Virus record (IMG/VR): IMGVR_UViG_3300044619_001509
DNA from: an uncultured virus (IMG/VR IMGVR_UViG_3300044619_001509)
Lineage: Duplodnaviria; Heunggongvirae; Uroviricota; Caudoviricetes
DNA length: 64,000 nucleotides
Strand: one strand, 5' to 3'
Shown piece by piece: positions 58,564 through 64,000 of the stretch; the stretch's first letter is position 1; every line of letters starts with the position of its first letter. The notes under the pieces were generated by a model. The model was given only the letters and a program-made list of their open reading frames with translations, was not told the origin of the DNA and did no database searches. Made by a program: the position numbers and the translations under genes.

Positions 58564-59631
58564 ATGAGTAATATACTAAACAAAATTAAAAAGAATTCAA
58601 CAATCACAGAATCCGATATATTAACGACATCAAAATACTTTGCTAAAAAGGACATGATTGCAACAAGTGTTCCTGTAATCAATCTTGCTTTATCTGGCAG
58701 ACTTGATGGTGGATTTGTTCCTGGCGTTACGATGTGGGCGGGACCGAGTAAACATTTTAAAACAGCATTTTCTTTGCTGATGGCAAAGTCATATATGCAA
58801 AAGTATCCCGATTCTGCTTTGTTATTTTATGATTCGGAGTTCGGAACTCCCCAATCATATTTTGAAAGTTTTGGAATTGATACAAATAGAGTATTGCATA
58901 CACCAATCAAAGATATCGAACAACTAAAGTTTGATATCATAAGACAATTACAAGGGCTGGAACGCGGAGAAAGAGTAATTATTGTTATTGATTCGATTGG
59001 TAATTTGGCTTCAAAGAAAGAAGTGGATGATGCAGTTGAAGGTAAATCAGTAGCAGACATGAGTAGAGCAAAGCAAATCAAGTCTTTGTTTCGTATGGTA
59101 ACTCCATATCTTGTTATGAACGACATTCCGATGGTTGTGGTAAATCATACTTACAAAGAAATTGGAATGTATCCAAAAGATATTGTGGGTGGTGGTACTG
59201 GTTCGTATTATTCAGCGGATACTATCTTTATTCTTGGAAGACAACAAGAGAAGGATGGAACCGAACTCACAGGTTACAATTTTATTATTAATGTAGAGAA
59301 GTCTCGTTATGTAAAAGAAAAATCAAAAATTCCTATCTCTGTTTCATTTGAAGGTGGTATAAGTACATGGAGTGGGTTGCTCGACATAGCACTTGAAACA
59401 GGACATGTTGTGAAACCATCGAATGGATGGTATACTAGCACTCTAGACAAGGAAAACAAGAAATACCGATTGAAGGAAACAGAATGTAAGGAATTCTGGC
59501 TTCCAATTCTTACCGATCCTACTTTCCAAAAAGTAGTTCAAGACACTTACGCAATCGGACAAAAAGTTATCTTGACCGCTGATACTGAACTATTAAACGC
59601 CATTAACGAAGCAGCTAAAAATTTAGAATAA
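58564..59631 (+). CDS. uvsX: RecA-like recombinase UvsX
   Basis: AGPSKHFKT, FYDSEFG, IDSIGNLASKKE, VADMSRAK, GGGTG.YYSAD. Confidence 0.96.
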   Translation: MSNILNKIKKNSTITESDILTTSKYFAKKDMIATSVPVINLALSGRLDGGFVPGVTMWAGPSKHFKTAFSLLMAKSYMQKYPDSALLFYDSEFGTPQSYFESFGIDTNRVLHTPIKDIEQLKFDIIRQLQGLERGERVIIVIDSIGNLASKKEVDDAVEGKSVADMSRAKQIKSLFRMVTPYLVMNDIPMVVVNHTYKEIGMYPKDIVGGGTGSYYSADTIFILGRQQEKDGTELTGYNFIINVEKSRYVKEKSKIPISVSFEGGISTWSGLLDIALETGHVVKPSNGWYTSTLDKENKKYRLKETECKEFWLPILTDPTFQKVVQDTYAIGQKVILTADTELLNAINEAAKNLE

Positions 59632-59632
59632 T

Positions 59633-61048
59633 ATGAATACAATTGAAGACATCATATTCAGAAACCTTATATCAAACGAATCTTATATGAGAAGAGTTCT
59701 TCCATTTATCAAGGAAGAATACTTTCAAACAAAGTCTGAAAAACTTCTCTTTAAGGAGATTCACAAATATGTTACAACTTACAATTCTCTTCCATCAATT
59801 GATGCACTTAAAATTGAGATACAAAACTCAAGTGAATTGACTCAAAAAGAATTTGATGATTTGTCTACTCGTCTTGAGAACCTCAAGGAAATTGAAAAAG
59901 CAGATGAAGAATGGATTGTAGACAAGACAGAAACATTCTGTAAAGATAAAGCAATCTACAATGCGATTCTTGAGTCGATTCATATCATCGAAGGTAAGTC
60001 AAAGACAAAGACTAGTTCTGCTTTGCCGCAGTTACTTTCAGATGCATTGGCAGTTTCATTTGATCCACATATCGGACACGACTATCTTGAAGATGGCGAA
60101 AAACGATATGACTTCTATCATAAAATCGAAACAAGAATGCCATTTGATTTGGAATATTTCAATGATATTACAAATGGTGGTACTCCATCTAAAACACTGA
60201 ATGTTATTTTGGCAGGAACAGGTGTTGGAAAGTCTTTGTTTATGTGTCATCATGCTGCAAACTGTTGGATGCAGAACAAGAATGTCTTATACATTACTTG
60301 TGAAATGGCGGAAGAAAGAATTGCAGAAAGAATTGATGCAAATCTCATGGATACAACTCTTGATGATTTGAAAACACTTCCTCAAGATGTGTACATAAAG
60401 AAACTTGATAGAATTCAAAAAAACATTACCAGCAAATTGATCATTAAGGAATATCCTACAGCATCCGCAAATGCCAATCACTTTAGATTTTTGCTAGACG
60501 AACTTCAACTCAAGAAGAAGTTTACTCCTGATATTATTTTTATCGATTATCTCAACATCTGTGCTTCTGCTAGATTCAAGGCAAATGGTAGTGTAAACTC
60601 ATACACTTACATTAAAGCAATTGCAGAGGAACTTCGTGGTTTGGCTGTGGAGAGAAATGTCCCTATCTTTACAGCGACTCAAACTAACCGCCAAGGTTAT
60701 TCGAATTCTGATGTTGGCCTTGAAGATACATCCGAGTCGTTTGGTCTTCCTGCCACTGCTGACTTTATGTTTGCTATAATGACGAATGAAGAGTTTGAAA
60801 AAAATGGACAGATACTTGTAAAGCAGCTTAAGAACCGCTATAATGATCTAGCGACTAAGAGAAAGTTCTTAGTAGGTGTCAACAAGTCAAAGATGAAACT
60901 CTATGACCTTGACGAATCCGCACAAGACGGTCTTGTGGGGACAGGTGAAGAAGACGATATTGGTACGGAAGGTTTCGATAACAAATTCAAAAAAAACCGT
61001 GACTCGTATCGGGAAAAAGCTAATTCATGGAAAATGAATAATGAATGA
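59633..61048 (+). CDS. gp41: Replicative DnaB-like helicase
   Basis: LAGTGVGKS, EMAEERIAERIDAN, IFIDY, TSESFGLPATAD, KQLKNRY. Confidence 0.96.
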   Translation: MNTIEDIIFRNLISNESYMRRVLPFIKEEYFQTKSEKLLFKEIHKYVTTYNSLPSIDALKIEIQNSSELTQKEFDDLSTRLENLKEIEKADEEWIVDKTETFCKDKAIYNAILESIHIIEGKSKTKTSSALPQLLSDALAVSFDPHIGHDYLEDGEKRYDFYHKIETRMPFDLEYFNDITNGGTPSKTLNVILAGTGVGKSLFMCHHAANCWMQNKNVLYITCEMAEERIAERIDANLMDTTLDDLKTLPQDVYIKKLDRIQKNITSKLIIKEYPTASANANHFRFLLDELQLKKKFTPDIIFIDYLNICASARFKANGSVNSYTYIKAIAEELRGLAVERNVPIFTATQTNRQGYSNSDVGLEDTSESFGLPATADFMFAIMTNEEFEKNGQILVKQLKNRYNDLATKRKFLVGVNKSKMKLYDLDESAQDGLVGTGEEDDIGTEGFDNKFKKNRDSYREKANSWKMNNE

Positions 61049-61235
61049 AAAGCAATACAAGCAAGTCCAGTACATCAACGCGAACGATAATCGTTCGTTT
61101 GATGAAAAATTTAAGACTCTTCCCTTTGTACGCGAAGAAGACCTTGAAGAGTGGAAAAATTGGTGGGAAGGTTTAATGAATCTTCGCAACGAAGCGAATG
61201 CTAATAATCAGTATTTCAAAACAAATAAGCGATAA
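61041..61235 (+). CDS. Small hypothetical protein
   Basis: 64-aa ORF overlapping both neighbours. Confidence 0.55.
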   Translation: MNEKQYKQVQYINANDNRSFDEKFKTLPFVREEDLEEWKNWWEGLMNLRNEANANNQYFKTNKR

Positions 61236-62242
61236 TGTCAATTATTGTAGATAAAAAGTTTATTGGTTTGGTCTCTCCAATACTTGACAAGTTCAAGTGG
61301 AAGAAGAGCGATCTTGCCAATTTTAGATGCCCAATCTGTGGTGACTCTAAGAAAAGCAAAGTAAAGGCTCGTGCCTACTTCTTTTCTAAAAAGAACAGTA
61401 TGTTTTTCTATTGTCAAAACTGCGGAGCATCCCATTCTTTTTATCGGTTTTTGGAAATTGTTTCCCCATCTCTCTGCAAAGAATATTCGCTTGAGAGGTG
61501 GAAGGAAAACGGAGAATATAAAATAGATTCTCCTGCGCCAAACATAAAGTTTGAGCAACCCATTTTTCATAAGGACATGAAAAATGCACAAAGGTTGGAT
61601 ACTTTGGAAGAAAATCATATGTGCGTTACATATGTACGAGAAAGGAAGATTCCAATATCTTCCTATTCTCGTTTGTATTATGTTGATAATTATGGGAGTT
61701 GGTTGCAAAGTATTGATCCAACAATTACCAATATTCCCAACGATAAACGATTGGTAATTCCAATCTTCAATGCAAACGGTCTATTAATAGGTGTTCAAGG
61801 ACGGACTTTAGAAAACAGTCATTTGCGTTACATTACGAAAAAATTTGATGATGAAATCGAACGCTTGTGGTTTGGGCTCGATCAAAAGATCGAATCGGAA
61901 ACAGTCTATGTTGTCGAAGGCCCAATTGATTCTCTCTTTATCCCTAATTGTGTTGCTATGCTTGGCATCAATAGCGGCAACATCCCAAAGCCATTGAGAG
62001 GAAAACGAATTATTTTTGTTGTGGACAACGAACCACGAAACAAAGATGTAATTCGTAGAATGTATGATCTAATTGATGCAAAACGCGAAATCGTCATATG
62101 GCCAGAAACCATTGTAGAAAAAGATATCAATGATATGGTTCTTAGTGGAATGAGTCCTATTGAAATTGTAAAAATTATTCAAGACAATGCTTGTTCTGGT
62201 CTTGAAGCAAAGTTAAAATTAAATGAATGGAAAAAAATATGA
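61235..62242 (+). CDS. gp61: DNA primase
   Basis: Zn finger NFRCPICGDS...CQNC; TOPRIM VVEGPIDSLF, DNEPRN, KDINDM. Confidence 0.95.
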   Translation: MSIIVDKKFIGLVSPILDKFKWKKSDLANFRCPICGDSKKSKVKARAYFFSKKNSMFFYCQNCGASHSFYRFLEIVSPSLCKEYSLERWKENGEYKIDSPAPNIKFEQPIFHKDMKNAQRLDTLEENHMCVTYVRERKIPISSYSRLYYVDNYGSWLQSIDPTITNIPNDKRLVIPIFNANGLLIGVQGRTLENSHLRYITKKFDDEIERLWFGLDQKIESETVYVVEGPIDSLFIPNCVAMLGINSGNIPKPLRGKRIIFVVDNEPRNKDVIRRMYDLIDAKREIVIWPETIVEKDINDMVLSGMSPIEIVKIIQDNACSGLEAKLKLNEWKKI

Positions 62243-62889
62243 ATGAAGAAGAATTTGATAAGTACAATGAACAATTGCTCAACACTGTTCTACAATTTAA
62301 TGAACTGTTTTCAGATTATATAAAAGAAATGGATCCCGTTCTTTGGAATAAAGCAAGAGAATATGCTAAGGATTTTTCTAAGAACGAATCAATAATTCTA
62401 GAAGAAGTATCTGAAAAGACGCCAGAAAAGATTTTATCCAACACTCAACGACAAACTATTTTTCTTAAACTCACAGCATCTTATATTCAAAATATTTCAA
62501 ATGAATATCAAGAATTTGTTCTGGAAAATATAAAACTTTCCACGGAAGAAATTAAAAGCAAATGGTTGAAGAAAAATAAAGACAATAACTATACAGAAAA
62601 AGATCCATTTGGAGCAGAGAAAGATCTTGATCTTTTTATCTCATGTAATCACCGATTCTCTTTTGATAAATTCGATGATAGTGATTGGATGGATTACATT
62701 TATATCCTGATAAATTGCACAAAAGATATTAATTTTGTAAAGAGATTCAAGAAGATTTTCGAAGAGCATCACACGGAAGATAATAAAGAACTTTATAACT
62801 ACTATCGGGCTTGTATGGGCGCATATGCTGCTCAGATTCGAATGCTTCAAAAACTCGAAAACAAGGAAGAACAAGATGACACCGAATAA
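62239..62889 (+). CDS. Hypothetical protein
   Basis: About 216-aa ORF with ATGA overlap on the primase stop. Confidence 0.55.
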   Translation: MNEEEFDKYNEQLLNTVLQFNELFSDYIKEMDPVLWNKAREYAKDFSKNESIILEEVSEKTPEKILSNTQRQTIFLKLTASYIQNISNEYQEFVLENIKLSTEEIKSKWLKKNKDNNYTEKDPFGAEKDLDLFISCNHRFSFDKFDDSDWMDYIYILINCTKDINFVKRFKKIFEEHHTEDNKELYNYYRACMGAYAAQIRMLQKLENKEEQDDTE

Positions 62890-63544
62890 TCCTGTTAGGC
62901 TTATTTCTGTTACTACTCCTCAATTAGAGGAATTTAAGAATTTGTCCGCAGATGAATTGCTTGCTGCAATTGCAAGAGTAAGCAATCCAAACAATCAAAC
63001 CAATACAGAAACGATGCCAAAAATGTTAAAGTATTGTATTGATCATAAGCATTGGAGTGTGTTTGAGATGGTTGATATGACTGTTGAGATTACAACTTCA
63101 AGAATGATTGCTGCTCAAATTTTGCGTCATCGTAGTTTTGTGTTCCAAGAGTTTTCCCAAAGATACGCAAAAGCAAGCAATTTTGTTCCTATTGTCCCGA
63201 GAAGACAAGACACAAAGAATCGGCAAAATTCTATTGATGATCTTGACGAAGAGACAAAGAAAGCATTTATACAATATCAATATGATAAATGGATAGAAAA
63301 TAAAAACATGTATGATTTCTTCATCGAAAAAGGTGTAGCAAAGGAATGTGCTAGAGGTATTTTACCTTTAAACACAGAAACTACCCTATACATGAAAGGC
63401 AATGTCCGTAGTTGGATACATTACCTCGAAATTCGTACTGATCCGTCCACTCAATTAGAACACCGAGAAATCGCTGTCGAGATTAAAAAAATCTTTGTGG
63501 AGACTTTTCCTATTGTAGCATCTGCGCTGAATTGGAAAACATAA
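62876..63544 (+). CDS. thyX: Flavin-dependent thymidylate synthase
   Basis: [42 protein letters not shown]. Confidence 0.95.
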   Translation: MTPNNPVRLISVTTPQLEEFKNLSADELLAAIARVSNPNNQTNTETMPKMLKYCIDHKHWSVFEMVDMTVEITTSRMIAAQILRHRSFVFQEFSQRYAKASNFVPIVPRRQDTKNRQNSIDDLDEETKKAFIQYQYDKWIENKNMYDFFIEKGVAKECARGILPLNTETTLYMKGNVRSWIHYLEIRTDPSTQLEHREIAVEIKKIFVETFPIVASALNWKT

Positions 63545-63547
63545 ATA
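63540..63547 (+). promoter_or_regulatory. Late promoter CATAAATA
   Basis: Overlaps the thyX stop; ATG of the next gene begins 7 nt after the box. Confidence 0.55.
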
Positions 63548-63553
63548 CTGTAC

Positions 63554-64000
63554 ATGAATAATTTTAAGAATTACCTAAAAGAATCCTCAATTGAACCAGC
63601 AAAACTAAGTTCTGGTAATTATTCAATTGGCGACAAGTTTAGGTTAATGACTAAAATTGCGGGTACAAATTACGATAAAGATCATGTATTTACCATAACC
63701 GAGAACGATGACCTTTCAAAGATTATCAAACTTGGTGGTATTGGTGAATACTCTTTTTTTGACGAAAATAACACAAAAATAACATTACATGCTGGTCCTC
63801 AAATAATTGATGGTTTATTTGAGCATATTCCACCACCTCCCGTAGAAGAACAACCCCCAAGCGTTCAAATAATTCGTGAAACTATAATTCAACCAACTGT
63901 AATTGAAAAAATTATAGAAAAAGTTATAGTAGAAAAACCTGTCCGTGGCCCTATGGGGCCAGTTGGACCACAAGGTGAAAAGGGAGATACTGTTTTTCTG
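63554..64000 (+). CDS. Collagen-repeat protein (3'-truncated; not in ORF track)
   Basis: Open to the window end: MNNFKNYLKE...HIPPPPVEE...IEKIIEKVIVEKPVRGPMGPVGPQGEKGD. Confidence 0.7.
   Translation, partial: MNNFKNYLKESSIEPAKLSSGNYSIGDKFRLMTKIAGTNYDKDHVFTITENDDLSKIIKLGGIGEYSFFDENNTKITLHAGPQIIDGLFEHIPPPPVEEQPPSVQIIRETIIQPTVIEKIIEKVIVEKPVRGPMGPVGPQGEKGDTVFL

Noticed and set aside
22713..62242. Introns, inteins or homing endonucleases in terminase, polymerase, helicase or primase
   Set aside because: These genes have ordinary lengths and continuous motifs; no HNH, GIY-YIG or LAGLIDADG ORF recognised
288..63280. Numerous short minus-strand and nested ORFs in the ORF track
   Set aside because: They lie within well-supported + strand genes and show no recognisable motifs; consistent with shadow ORFs
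1..64000. tRNA, rRNA, CRISPR array or DGR template/variable repeats
   Set aside because: Intergenic gaps are at most ~140 nt; I saw no cloverleaf, repeat-spacer array, long near-identical repeat or reverse transcriptase

Overview
A 64-kb, AT-rich segment of a T4-superfamily myovirus with the exo-T-even/cyanomyovirus-like gene order. It is almost fully coding, and every credible gene is on the + strand. Positions 1-36 kb hold the virion module: baseplate gp6-gp7-gp8, a 2407-aa VrlC/DUF4815-like protein, fibre-like proteins, then gp13-gp23 and gp3. Positions 36-64 kb hold recombination, transcription and replication genes (uvsY, uvsW, gp55, gp47/46, rnh, gp45/44/62, regA, gp43, uvsX, gp41, gp61) plus dUTPase, ThyX, a DenV-like glycosylase, a GNAT acetyltransferase and two TSPPY-type amino-methyltransferases. 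Highlights: (1) a sequence signature in which I saw no ACGT or CCGG, and CCWGG occurs almost only as GCCWGG/CCWGGC, suggesting a context-specific DNA modification or anti-restriction system; (2) a dockerin/EF-hand loop of the Planctomycetota type inserted in gp8; (3) a Gly/Phe low-complexity tail on gp19; (4) Cys-rich and adapter-plus-cargo accessory genes inserted between core genes, one cassette recently swapped (GC-rich, with borders inside genes); (5) late promoters inside RBS-sequestering hairpins, leaderless early promoters and a consensus antisense promoter. I saw no tRNA, rRNA, CRISPR array, intron or intein. All calls come from motif recognition and synteny; no database search was run, and counts were made by eye.
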